This document shows positions 10,281 to 19,547 of a DNA stretch of 64,000 nucleotides, one piece after another. The notes under the pieces are model-generated. The model searched no databases, had not been told where the DNA came from, and was given only the letters and a program-made list of their open reading frames with translations. The stretch covers positions 67,509 through 131,508 of the forward strand of contig JBCCQQ010000009.1 of the NCBI GenBank assembly GCA_039024555.1. Direction: 5' to 3'. Each line of letters begins with the position of its first letter. Position 1 is the stretch's first letter. Source of the DNA: Cyanobacteria bacterium P01_D01_bin.156. Its GTDB lineage: Bacteria > Cyanobacteriota > Cyanobacteriia > Phormidesmidales > Phormidesmidaceae. The translations under genes were made by a program, and so were the position numbers.

Positions 10281-11423
10281 TTAATTTTCCAAAATTCTTT
10301 GCCAGGTAAGGTCTTTTCCGTCGATGTGCCATTGCAGCAGATGGGTGGTTTGTCGAGGAGCTAAGAGAGGCATTCCCATTGCCTGACGGGGGTGTGCCGT
10401 AGCCAATAAAATCGCCTCTTCCACACTACATAAATCCCATTTCACTAAGTTCTTGGCCCCGTCCAGTAGGGGCCGGGTTGTTCCAGAAAGGGTCCCGTCA
10501 GCTAAACGAGCTGTACCACCTTTAACTTCGATTTCTCTTTGATCCCAAGGGTAGATGCCATCAGGAAGCCCTAACGGCGACAGGGCATCGCTGACAAGGA
10601 ATAGACCTCCGGAGGTATCGCTGCCTCTGCCTATCCGCAGCAGTAAATCCAGCATCGTGGGACAAATGTGTTGACCATCGGCGATCACCCCGGCGAACAC
10701 ATGGGGGTGGGTCAGTGCAGCCCCTAGCAGTCCTGGTTCTCGATGGTGTAACCCAGGCATGGCATTAAAGGCGTGGGTGACCATGGAAGCTCCCTGAAAA
10801 AAGGCAGTTTGGGCTTCGGTTGCTGTTGCTAAAGAGTGTCCTAGGCTAACGGTAATATTGTGCGATTTCAGCCAGGGAATAACCTCGGTATCCTTTTCCA
10901 TTTCAGGGGCCAGAGTAATAATTCTGACGACATCTAGGTAGTGGCTCAGCAGTGTTTTTACACGTTCTAGGGATAGGGGTTGAACATACTCTGCCGGATG
11001 GGCTCCCCGTTTATTTGGGTTCAAAAATGGCCCCTCTAAGTGAGCTCCTAAAACAGTTGCATGGCCGGGTTGTTTATCGGTCTCCTGGTATGCCTTGATC
11101 GCCGCCAGACTTCTCTGAATTTTGTTGGTGTCTGCTGTCACGATGGTAGGTGCAAAGGCATCTATCCCCTGAGTCCATAGAAAACTTGCTGCTTTTTCGA
11201 GTTCTTCAGGGGTTTCCAAGTCTGGGAATGCCAGCCCTAGCACCCCGTTAATTTGTAAATCTACGCCGCCCAAGGAAATCCAATCACCTTTTAGATCCAT
11301 CGCCTGGACTGCATTAGCAGACACTTTTTCCATTGGCAAAATGGAACGCAGTTGGTGGTTGACGACTTCTAGACAGTAAAGACCTGGCTGTTTAGGAAGA
11401 CGTACATTGAGCAAAATTGCCAT
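10281..11423 (-). CDS. nagA: N-acetylglucosamine-6-phosphate deacetylase
   Basis: DLQING, HLEGPF, KRGAH, LGHS, THAFNAM, ADGQH, VSDA. Confidence 0.94.
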   Translation of the reverse strand: MAILLNVRLPKQPGLYCLEVVNHQLRSILPMEKVSANAVQAMDLKGDWISLGGVDLQINGVLGLAFPDLETPEELEKAASFLWTQGIDAFAPTIVTADTNKIQRSLAAIKAYQETDKQPGHATVLGAHLEGPFLNPNKRGAHPAEYVQPLSLERVKTLLSHYLDVVRIITLAPEMEKDTEVIPWLKSHNITVSLGHSLATATEAQTAFFQGASMVTHAFNAMPGLHHREPGLLGAALTHPHVFAGVIADGQHICPTMLDLLLRIGRGSDTSGGLFLVSDALSPLGLPDGIYPWDQREIEVKGGTARLADGTLSGTTRPLLDGAKNLVKWDLCSVEEAILLATAHPRQAMGMPLLAPRQTTHLLQWHIDGKDLTWQRILEN

Positions 11424-11630
11424 GGATTTTAAGGTTGGCCGACTGTTTAGGAATCATCCCACAGTATCTGGGGTCGGGTTTTGGAGCGCTAAGAATCTCA
11501 ACTACAGAAATAACGGTTGTATTTTTGCTATTTTGAACTCTCGCCATGCATTCCTCTGAAGGAGGACGGTCCATGGTAGGTTTTGCGGTTGTGTTTCCTT
11601 TAACTCAGCAAAGGCTGATTTCCTATTCCT

Positions 11631-12176
11631 ATGACTTCTCCTCTCATTGGCATCATCATGGGTAGCGACTCTGATTTGCCCACCATGGAGGCGGCTATCA
11701 ATGTTTGTGAAGACTTTAATATCCCCCATGAAGTGGCGATTGTTTCCGCTCATCGCACGCCTAACCGCATGGTGCAATATGCCCAGACTGCTGTGGAACG
11801 GGGGTTAAAAGTCATTATTGCGGGTGCAGGTGGAGCGGCGCATCTGCCTGGAATGGTAGCGGCGTTAACGCCGCTACCCGTCATCGGTGTCCCTGTGAAA
11901 AGTCGCGGCATGCAGGGCATTGATTCGCTTTACTCCATTGTTCAAATGCCGGGGGGGATTCCGGTGGCGACTGTTGCCATCGGCAATGCTAAAAATGCTG
12001 GTCTGCTAGCTGTTCAAATTCTTGGGACGTGCGATCGCAAGCTGCTTCATCAGATGCAAGCTTATCGTCAGGAATTGGAATCAAGTGTTTTGCAAAAACA
12101 ACAACGCCTGGAAGAATTAGGTCCCCATGCCTACCTAAAAACCACGTTTCCATCGTGTAATAAAGAGACCACCTGA
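11631..12176 (+). CDS. purE: N5-carboxyaminoimidazole ribonucleotide mutase
   Basis: [35 protein letters not shown]. Confidence 0.97.
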   Translation: MTSPLIGIIMGSDSDLPTMEAAINVCEDFNIPHEVAIVSAHRTPNRMVQYAQTAVERGLKVIIAGAGGAAHLPGMVAALTPLPVIGVPVKSRGMQGIDSLYSIVQMPGGIPVATVAIGNAKNAGLLAVQILGTCDRKLLHQMQAYRQELESSVLQKQQRLEELGPHAYLKTTFPSCNKETT

Positions 12177-12279
12177 TCGCTGGAATGCTTCTAAATGAAG
12201 CGTCATTTCCATAAATTTTTGTAAATAAGCAAAAATAACCAGCTTTCAAACCCCTAATATTCGAGTCACACAAGCTAAG

Positions 12280-12322
12280 TGTATTCCCTGATACAGAATG
12301 ACTCGGCTGAAATTGGTGCAAT
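12280..12322 (+). promoter_or_regulatory. NtcA box and -10 element of an NtcA-activated promoter upstream of amt
   Basis: TGTA-TTCCCTGA-TACA at 12280-12295 matches GTA-N8-TAC; a -10-like TGCAAT starts 22 nt after the TAC; amt genes are established NtcA targets. Confidence 0.82.
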
Positions 12323-12599
12323 CTATCTACATGGATATGTGCAATGTACCTGCACCAGTGTGCCTGCAGATTTAGCCGTGTGGGGTATGGAATAAGCTTT
12401 CCATGGAAACATTTCTACTTTATTTGTTGAGTGTTCCCATAGACAGGGTTTTCCATATCACCACTTCAGCCCTGTAGTCGGTCATTGAGTATCTTGAACT
12501 GTCAAGGTCCCCTCACACAGAGGCTTTACTGTTTGGGCTCTTATGCCTTTTTCGGTAAGTTTTCGTTGATTGGATTGTGTTGTAGGAACGTCTGTTGAG

Positions 12600-14060
12600 A
12601 TGTCTAGTCTAAATTTCGGCCGCAAGGCAAGACGGCGTAAATCGTCTGTCTGGGATTCTTATGCGCCACCATTTGACCAAATGGCTAAGCGCTTCTTTGG
12701 TAGAAGCTTTTCATGGGCTTGGATAGCCTGTATTCCTCTAGCGCTTGTAATTATTGCCACCTGGGATACAGCTGCTCATGCTCAGGAAGATGCTCTGACT
12801 CCTGAAAATGTTCAGTTTGTCTTAGACAATATCTGGGTGCTGGTTGCATCTGTTCTGGTGATTTTCATGAATGCCGGGTTCGGTATGTTGGAAACCGGTT
12901 TTTGCCGCCAGAAGAACGCAGTTAACATTCTTTCCAAAAACTTAATTGTTTTTGCTTTGGCAACGTTGTCTTTCTGGGCCATCGGTTTTGGTCTAATGTT
13001 CAACGAGGCAAACCCAGTCTTTGGCATGGGTAACTTCTTTTTGTCAGGCCTGTCTGCTGATGAGCCCTATGCAGGTAATCTGACAGCTCCTGTCTTCTTC
13101 CTGTTCCAGGCCGCTTTTGCGGGTACTGCAGCGACTATTGTCTCTGGTGCAGTTGCTGAGCGCATTAAGTTCACGGATTTTATTATCTTCAGCATTCTGC
13201 TAACAGCTGTTTCTTATCCCATTACCGGTCACTGGGTCTGGTCCGGTAGCGGTTGGCTGGGTGCTTTGCCAACAGGCGGTTTTTCTGACTTTGCAGGTTC
13301 TACTGTTGTACACTCCGTTGGTGGTTGGGCTGCCCTAGTAGGTGCTGCTATTCTTGGCCCCCGCATTGGTAAGTATCAGGATGGTCAAATTAATGCTATC
13401 CCTGGCCACAACATGAGTATCGCAACCCTTGGTTGCCTAATTCTCTGGATTGGTTGGTTTGGCTTCAATCCCGGCTCTGAGCTAGCGGCTAGTGGCGCTG
13501 TTCCTTACATTGCAGTGACCACTAACCTAGCAGCGGCAGCTGGTGGTGTTTCTGCAACGCTCACAGCTTGGATAATGAGTGGTAAGCCTGACCTTTCCAT
13601 GATTATCAACGGTATCTTGGCTGGCTTAGTTGGTATTACCGCGGGTTGTGCTGGCGTTAGCTTCTTTGGTGCAGTTGTTATCGGTTTGGTTGCAGGTGTA
13701 CTGGTAGTCTTCTCCGTTGGCTTCTTTGACAGCATCAAGATCGATGACCCTGTGGGTGCTATCTCTGTCCACCTAGTGAACGGTATGTGGGGTACCCTAG
13801 CCGTTGGTTTGTTCGATACTTCCGCCGGTCTTTTCTACGGTGCTGGTATTGGTCAGCTGATTTCTCAGGTCATAGGTATCCTTGCCATCGGTCTATTCAC
13901 TGTTGTCTTTAGCGCTATTGTTTGGACTATCCTCAAGTCTGCCTCTGGCCTACGTGTTTCCGCCGAAGAAGAACTCAAGGGTTTGGATATTGGTGAGCAT
14001 GGTATGGAAGCTTACAGTGGTTTCCTTAAGGACACTAGCGATATGGGCGGTGTTGCCTAA
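12600..14060 (+). CDS. amt: Ammonium transporter (Amt1-type)
   Basis: [65 protein letters not shown] 12600 preferred. Confidence 0.96.
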   Translation: MSSLNFGRKARRRKSSVWDSYAPPFDQMAKRFFGRSFSWAWIACIPLALVIIATWDTAAHAQEDALTPENVQFVLDNIWVLVASVLVIFMNAGFGMLETGFCRQKNAVNILSKNLIVFALATLSFWAIGFGLMFNEANPVFGMGNFFLSGLSADEPYAGNLTAPVFFLFQAAFAGTAATIVSGAVAERIKFTDFIIFSILLTAVSYPITGHWVWSGSGWLGALPTGGFSDFAGSTVVHSVGGWAALVGAAILGPRIGKYQDGQINAIPGHNMSIATLGCLILWIGWFGFNPGSELAASGAVPYIAVTTNLAAAAGGVSATLTAWIMSGKPDLSMIINGILAGLVGITAGCAGVSFFGAVVIGLVAGVLVVFSVGFFDSIKIDDPVGAISVHLVNGMWGTLAVGLFDTSAGLFYGAGIGQLISQVIGILAIGLFTVVFSAIVWTILKSASGLRVSAEEELKGLDIGEHGMEAYSGFLKDTSDMGGVA

Positions 14061-14107
14061 TCAGTGTGTTCTGACGCTAATTAGCGTTTGATCATAGATA
14101 GTCCTTT

Positions 14108-14150
14108 AAAAGCGAGCCGTTTCAATACGAAACGGCTCGCTTTTGTTTTG
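14108..14150 (+). terminator. Intrinsic terminator after amt
   Basis: AAAAGCGAGCCGTTTC-aatac-GAAACGGCTCGCTTTT perfect stem followed by T-tracts. Confidence 0.9.
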
Positions 14151-14404
14151 TCTGCTGATTGGCGCGATCTCACATATGAAGGTAGATTTTTCAGCTAATA
14201 TTCCTGGACTTTCCTACCCTAAGCTTAGTTACAATTCCATCCCAGCTTGGATATGCACTGATACCCTTATTGAAAGTTGGATAGCCACAGCTCACAACAT
14301 TAGTGCTCGTTAAAAACTGCAGATAGCTATTGCTATTTGCATATCAAGCCGCTGAATACATCCAGTAGTTTGATATATTCAAACATTGTCAAATCCTATA
14401 TTGC

Positions 14405-16423
14405 ATGGGCAATTCAGTGTCGGTTCTAGAGGAGTTACTTGCGGTTTTGCCATCGTTGCGACCGCAAATGTATTTCAAAACATCCCTGACCGCTCTTTCC
14501 CATGCGATGGAAGATCAGGTATTGGCCGGGGATGAAAGTCCGTTAATGATTGCTAGTTTTCAGCAAGAACGCTTTTATCGCCAAGAGGCCCATCGATATT
14601 TACGGTTAGCCGAAGTTACACCTCATATCTATGTACTGGCGGCAGCAGATACTCAATTTGCTGATGGTCGTGGGTCTGCAGCCCATGAGACTGTCGCATT
14701 TGCTCCGGATGATAACTTGGTGAATGAATGGCACCTGGTGGTTTTGGGGAATGACTATACGGCTTGCCTGATTTGTCGTGAGCATTATCAAAGTAGTAAT
14801 CAAGAACCTAAAATTCTCAGTGGGGCTCCGGCTTTAGATCAAAGTCGTCGATTTGAAGGGATTTGGACCCTTAATCGCCAGGTTTGTGAACAAGCCGCTC
14901 ATCTTTTATTGCAGCGGGTCATTCAGTATCGGCCAGATTTATCCGATAAAGTAGCGGACTCTCAGGGGCAATTTTTATCCCCTGACTTACTCCAGGGTGT
15001 CCATAGTCAAGACGATGTTGCTGAATCATCCCCTTTTGCACAGCGATTAGTGACGTACGTGCAGGCCAGCCAATATAAGTTGCTGAAAGCTTATAAGGCA
15101 ATGGCAGCCCAGGAAAATCGAGAGCGATTAATTAATTCGATTACGGCAGCAATTCGGCAGTCGCTTAACCCAACTGAAGTGTTTGCGATCGCAACCCATG
15201 AGCTGGGTCAGCAAATTGATGCCTGCCGCTGCATAATTTATCGCAGCAGTCCACACACGGGGTCGGTCAAAGTTCACCATGAATTTCGTCAGCCCAAGGT
15301 GTCGTCTCTTAAGGGAGAGTCGTGGCCGCTGTTGGATAATCCCTTGTTTCAAAAAGTCGTTGGCGATCTCGAATCCCTGACCTATCTGGCTAATCCGTCA
15401 GATGTCTCCATTGAAGATGAACTGGGAGATACGTCCACAATTCATACATTGCTCAGACAGTGGGACATCAGTGCTGTTTTGCTGGTGCCTCTAATTTATC
15501 AAGAAAGATTGCTTGGTATCATTGAGCTGCATCAATGCAGTGCCCTTCCCCATGCCTGGAACACCTACGACATTAGACTGGTAGAGTCCGTTGCGGCTCA
15601 ACTGAGTGTCGCGGTTATCCAAGCCGAAGCCTATGCCAACCTAGAAAACCTCAACCAGCAGTTAGAAGCTCTAGATCGAACCCGGAGTAATCTGATCGCA
15701 ATTACCGGCCATGAGCTACGGACGCCGTTATCGACTATTCGGGTATGTCTGGAAAGTATTTCTACGGAACCTGATATGCCTGAGGAGATGCGTCAGATTA
15801 TGTTGCAGACGGCCTTGGAAGATTCTGATCGTATGCAAAATCTGGTTCAAGATTTTCTTACTCTGTCTCGTTTAGAAAGCGGCCGCATTGAGTGGAATTT
15901 AGAATCTCTAGCCTTAAGCGAATGCATTGCGCTAGCTCTCAGTAGTCGCAAGACGATACCCAATTGCTCTGTTACTGTTGAATTGACTGAGGAACTTCCC
16001 CTGATTCGCGGTGATGGGGAATGGATTGTGGAGGTGCTCACAAAGCTGCTTGATAATGCTTGTAAATTTACCTCCGCTGAGGAAAGCATTTCCATTCAAG
16101 CTTTTGTTAATGAAAATGCTTTGGTCGAGGTTTCTGTCAATGATACTGGCCGAGGAATTGAGCCAGAGCGTTTGGAAACGGTCTTCGAACGTTTCTACCA
16201 AGAAGAAGGTGCCCTCCGTCGTTCAGTGGGGGGTACTGGATTGGGCTTAGCGATCTGTCGTCAAATTGTAGAAGCTCAGGGCGGTAAAATTTGGGCTATG
16301 TCTAAAGGTAAAGATCAGGGAACCCAAATCCATTTCACCTTGCCTATTGCGGCCAAACAATCCTCAAAGAAAAGGACCTCTAAGCGAGGGATTAAACCCA
16401 AATCGAGAAAAATTTCAGTTTAA
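14405..16423 (+). CDS. DICT-GAF sensor histidine kinase
   Basis: DICT motifs (YFKTSLTALSHAMED, SFQQERFYRQE, EWHLVV), central GAF, H-box GHELRTPL, LLDNACKF, DTGRGI, GGTGLGL. Confidence 0.92.
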   Translation: MGNSVSVLEELLAVLPSLRPQMYFKTSLTALSHAMEDQVLAGDESPLMIASFQQERFYRQEAHRYLRLAEVTPHIYVLAAADTQFADGRGSAAHETVAFAPDDNLVNEWHLVVLGNDYTACLICREHYQSSNQEPKILSGAPALDQSRRFEGIWTLNRQVCEQAAHLLLQRVIQYRPDLSDKVADSQGQFLSPDLLQGVHSQDDVAESSPFAQRLVTYVQASQYKLLKAYKAMAAQENRERLINSITAAIRQSLNPTEVFAIATHELGQQIDACRCIIYRSSPHTGSVKVHHEFRQPKVSSLKGESWPLLDNPLFQKVVGDLESLTYLANPSDVSIEDELGDTSTIHTLLRQWDISAVLLVPLIYQERLLGIIELHQCSALPHAWNTYDIRLVESVAAQLSVAVIQAEAYANLENLNQQLEALDRTRSNLIAITGHELRTPLSTIRVCLESISTEPDMPEEMRQIMLQTALEDSDRMQNLVQDFLTLSRLESGRIEWNLESLALSECIALALSSRKTIPNCSVTVELTEELPLIRGDGEWIVEVLTKLLDNACKFTSAEESISIQAFVNENALVEVSVNDTGRGIEPERLETVFERFYQEEGALRRSVGGTGLGLAICRQIVEAQGGKIWAMSKGKDQGTQIHFTLPIAAKQSSKKRTSKRGIKPKSRKISV

Positions 16424-16496
16424 CTGCAGCTATATCAGTTCTGTTGTATTGCATCAGGCTATGGCAATGAGCTTTGAAAATACATGCAGTACCTGA

Positions 16497-17654
16497 TTAT
16501 TGGGGCAAGGGTTGCCCAAAGGTTAAAGGTGCTGGCATCGTTGTTTGGACAATTGTGCGTGCAGCGGCAGGTTGTTGAACAGTTTTCCAGCTAGGTGTAC
16601 TGATTTCTTCTTCTGAAGTGGTTTGAGGTGCGCTGGATGAGTTGGCCAATGCGGCGATGGCAGACTGCTCTATGGGTGCTTGCTCTGTAGGCTGTGGAGT
16701 CTCTGTCTCTACTATAGGAACTAAGGAAGGACTTACTCCTGGAGGAGCGGTGGCAATATCAATGCTTTCATTTTCTATGGTTGCCACACTTTCTAGAACC
16801 TCAGGTTCTGTCAACTCAGCTGCTATGTTCACTGAGCCTATCGAGGGGGACAACACGATCTCTGGTGCCACTTCAGGCTGTGATTGCAATACAGACTCAG
16901 TGGGTGTAGTTGGAGAAGCGATGCCATCAGCAGTGAGTTCTGGTAATGGCTCATCACGGGGGCTATCTATGCTATTGTTTGCGACTGCGTCATAGACTAC
17001 AGGAGCTTCTGTGGCGGCTGTTTCCAGAGAAGGAACAACCATAGGGGGCACTGCTGGCAAGGCAGATTCATCGAGAGGTGGAACGCTTACCATCTGAGTA
17101 GGATTCCCAGTATCGTAGGGGTCAATGGGAAGCATGGTTTCAGATGATGGTTGAGATAACTCTAGGTTAGCGGCTGAATGACTAATCGTTGTATTTGTTG
17201 CTGCGGCTTGTTGTGATGCACTGTTAGAAAATGCATTCGTATTGGCCTTAACTAAAGGTCGAAAGCTCCAGTACCGTTGGCCATTGCGATCATCAAATTG
17301 AATATCGGCTTGACTGGGAGCAAGAATAGTTTCTGGGGCCAATTCAATGACAACTCTGACCTGTTCATCGGTATGCTGTGCGACTCGAATCGTTTGAACA
17401 GACCCGTTGTTGTAGGTTTGATCGGGTTCAACTTCGCCAATGTTGGCTTGTGGAATATCTAGGACTAGCCGAGGGGGCTCTGCTAAAAGAAAGAACTTAG
17501 GGAGAATGGTATCTGGTAAGGAAAAGGTGAGCTCACTCGTTGCAGTATTGAATGACCAGTTCTGTAACTCTTCTGCTGAAGCAGGTAAACATGCTAGACC
17601 TAAAGCCAGAAAACTCCCACCAAAAGATCCATAGCATAGACGGTTGAGCTCCAT
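16497..17654 (-). CDS. AMIN-domain secreted protein with Pro/Ser/Thr/Glu-rich tail
   Basis: Signal peptide, EPPRLVLDIP, IRVAQ...VRVVIEL; ORF is open to 17729. Confidence 0.8.
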   Translation of the reverse strand: MELNRLCYGSFGGSFLALGLACLPASAEELQNWSFNTATSELTFSLPDTILPKFFLLAEPPRLVLDIPQANIGEVEPDQTYNNGSVQTIRVAQHTDEQVRVVIELAPETILAPSQADIQFDDRNGQRYWSFRPLVKANTNAFSNSASQQAAATNTTISHSAANLELSQPSSETMLPIDPYDTGNPTQMVSVPPLDESALPAVPPMVVPSLETAATEAPVVYDAVANNSIDSPRDEPLPELTADGIASPTTPTESVLQSQPEVAPEIVLSPSIGSVNIAAELTEPEVLESVATIENESIDIATAPPGVSPSLVPIVETETPQPTEQAPIEQSAIAALANSSSAPQTTSEEEISTPSWKTVQQPAAARTIVQTTMPAPLTFGQPLPQ

Positions 17655-17820
17655 ATAATCTCCAACGGAAACCAAAGAATTACGATTTAAGGTTAAAGCC
17701 ATATATCGCTTTGTCAAGGGGGGAACCATATTTTTGATAAAAATTTCCTAGACAGATTGGATTCCTGGCTCATCATAGGAGAGGCAGTTTACACCTTACA
17801 TCTACGGAGACTTTTTCCTT

Positions 17821-17916
17821 ATGGAAATGCATGAACTACTAACTCTAATTTTGCTGCTTAGTCCTGGGCTACTACTGTCTGCCCTGGTAATGTCTGCCAT
17901 GGCCTTTGGAGGGTGA
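17821..17916 (+). CDS. 31-aa single-TM micro-protein, Norf4-like (tentative)
   Basis: MEMHELLTLILLLSPGLLLSALVMSAMAFGG*; GGAGA about 10 nt upstream; below the ORF-track cut-off. Confidence 0.72.
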   Translation: MEMHELLTLILLLSPGLLLSALVMSAMAFGG

Positions 17917-17986
17917 GTTCTTAGAGATCTCATGCAGGCCATAGCGCTACAGTTGTTATACACACCTGTAGCAAGAGGGACTAATT

Positions 17987-18571
17987 ATGGTGATGGTGGA
18001 ATCCACAATGCTGGAGCTGGGCACTGCAGCGCCTGCATTTTCTCTAACCGATGTAGTGTCCGGCAGCACGATTACGCTAGATACCTTTGCCGAGCACAAG
18101 GCGCTGCTAATCATGTTTATCTGTGTCCATTGCCCCTTTGTTAAGCATGTGGAGCAAGAGCTGGCAAATATTGGGCAAGACTATGCTGCTGATGGGTTAG
18201 GTATTCTAGCGGTGAGCTCTAATAGTATTGAAAGTCATCCTCAGGATGCGCCTGAGTATATGGAAAAACAGGTGCAAGATCAGGGTTTCAATTTTCCCTA
18301 TTGTTTTGACGAAACCCAAGCCGTAGCTAAAGCCTACACGGCGGCTTGTACGCCTGATTTTTTCTTGTTTGATGCGGATTTTAAGTTAGTGTATCGGGGG
18401 CAGCTTGATGATAGCCGCCCCAGTAATGGCAAGCCAGTGACGGGTAAAGACTTACGAACAGCGATTCAGCAGGCTTTGGCAGGACAGGCGCTGATTGACC
18501 AGCAGATCCCTAGTGTTGGGTGCAATATTAAGTGGATCCCTGGTCAAGAGCCGACTTATTTTGGTGTCTAG
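17987..18571 (+). CDS. Thioredoxin-fold AhpC/TSA (redoxin) family protein
   Basis: FICVHCPFV, YTAACTPDFF, YRGQLDDSRP, GCNIKW. Confidence 0.92.
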   Translation: MVMVESTMLELGTAAPAFSLTDVVSGSTITLDTFAEHKALLIMFICVHCPFVKHVEQELANIGQDYAADGLGILAVSSNSIESHPQDAPEYMEKQVQDQGFNFPYCFDETQAVAKAYTAACTPDFFLFDADFKLVYRGQLDDSRPSNGKPVTGKDLRTAIQQALAGQALIDQQIPSVGCNIKWIPGQEPTYFGV

Positions 18572-18600
18572 TTTTGTCGTGAAACGCAAGTGTACCGTTT

Positions 18601-18628
18601 ATCTGGAGCTACTGTATTAGCTCCAGAT
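18601..18628. terminator. Hairpin between convergent redoxin and dnaJ genes
   Basis: ATCTGGAGCTA-ctgtat-TAGCTCCAGAT, 11-bp perfect stem. Confidence 0.6.
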
Positions 18629-18636
18629 ATGGTGAG

Positions 18637-19536
18637 TTAATATATGTGAGATCGCGGATTATAGGATTCAACCATTTGCAGCTTTTCATAGAGTTCTGTT
18701 TCTTGTTCGCTTAGTTTCTGAGGAATTGTGATGCCGATTTCTACAATTTGATCACCCCGTTTTTCAGAGAGACGACCATAGCCTTTACCGGCTAAACGTA
18801 GCTTTCGGCCAGGTTGAATACCAGCGGGAATAGTCATTTGTACCGGACCATCCAAGGTCGGGATAGTGACTTGCCCTCCGAGTACGGCTTCTGTGGGGGT
18901 CAAGGGTAAATAACACACCACATCCTGTCCCTGTACATTCAAAAAGTGATGGGGGGTGACCACGAGGTTGAGATAAAGATCCCCTCCATTGATACCTTGA
19001 CCCCTGAGTCTAAGGCGTTGTCCTGTGACCATGCGCGGCGGCATATCCACTTCTAACGCCCGGCCATCTTCTAAACGCACCCGTTCGGAACCGCCATGAA
19101 AAGCACGCTCTAGTGGAATCTCTAACGAGGCTTCTGCATCTCGTTTGTCAGTATTTTTGATAGGGCTTTCAGAAGATTTTCGAGATGCTTTGTCTCGGGC
19201 AGAGGGTGTTTGAGCCGATGAGTGATGCGATATGTTTTGTCGATTGAGTAACTGATCGACAAAACGATTGAAATCTTCTAAATCACGATAGTCCGCTGCG
19301 GATTTTTGCTTGAGCCAATAGCGACGATAGTCATCGTATCGAGCTCTATGTTCGGCATCTGAGAGAATTTCGTAGGCTTCCCCAAGGGATTTAAAACGCT
19401 CCTCAGCTTCCTGATTACCTGGGTTTAAGTCAGGGTGAAATTCGCGCGCGAGCCGTCGATAGGTTTGCTTAATAGTCTGAGCATCGGCATCCTGGTCAAT
19501 ACCGAGAATCTCATAGTAGTCTCGAAAATTTTGCAT
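18637..19536 (-). CDS. dnaJ: DnaJ-class co-chaperone (CbpA-like: J domain + C-terminal domain, no Zn finger)
   Basis: MQNFRDYYEILG, HPD motif, EAVLGGQVTIPTLDG; directly downstream of dnaK. Confidence 0.9.
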   Translation of the reverse strand: MQNFRDYYEILGIDQDADAQTIKQTYRRLAREFHPDLNPGNQEAEERFKSLGEAYEILSDAEHRARYDDYRRYWLKQKSAADYRDLEDFNRFVDQLLNRQNISHHSSAQTPSARDKASRKSSESPIKNTDKRDAEASLEIPLERAFHGGSERVRLEDGRALEVDMPPRMVTGQRLRLRGQGINGGDLYLNLVVTPHHFLNVQGQDVVCYLPLTPTEAVLGGQVTIPTLDGPVQMTIPAGIQPGRKLRLAGKGYGRLSEKRGDQIVEIGITIPQKLSEQETELYEKLQMVESYNPRSHIY

Positions 19537-19547
19537 ATCAGGTGGTA

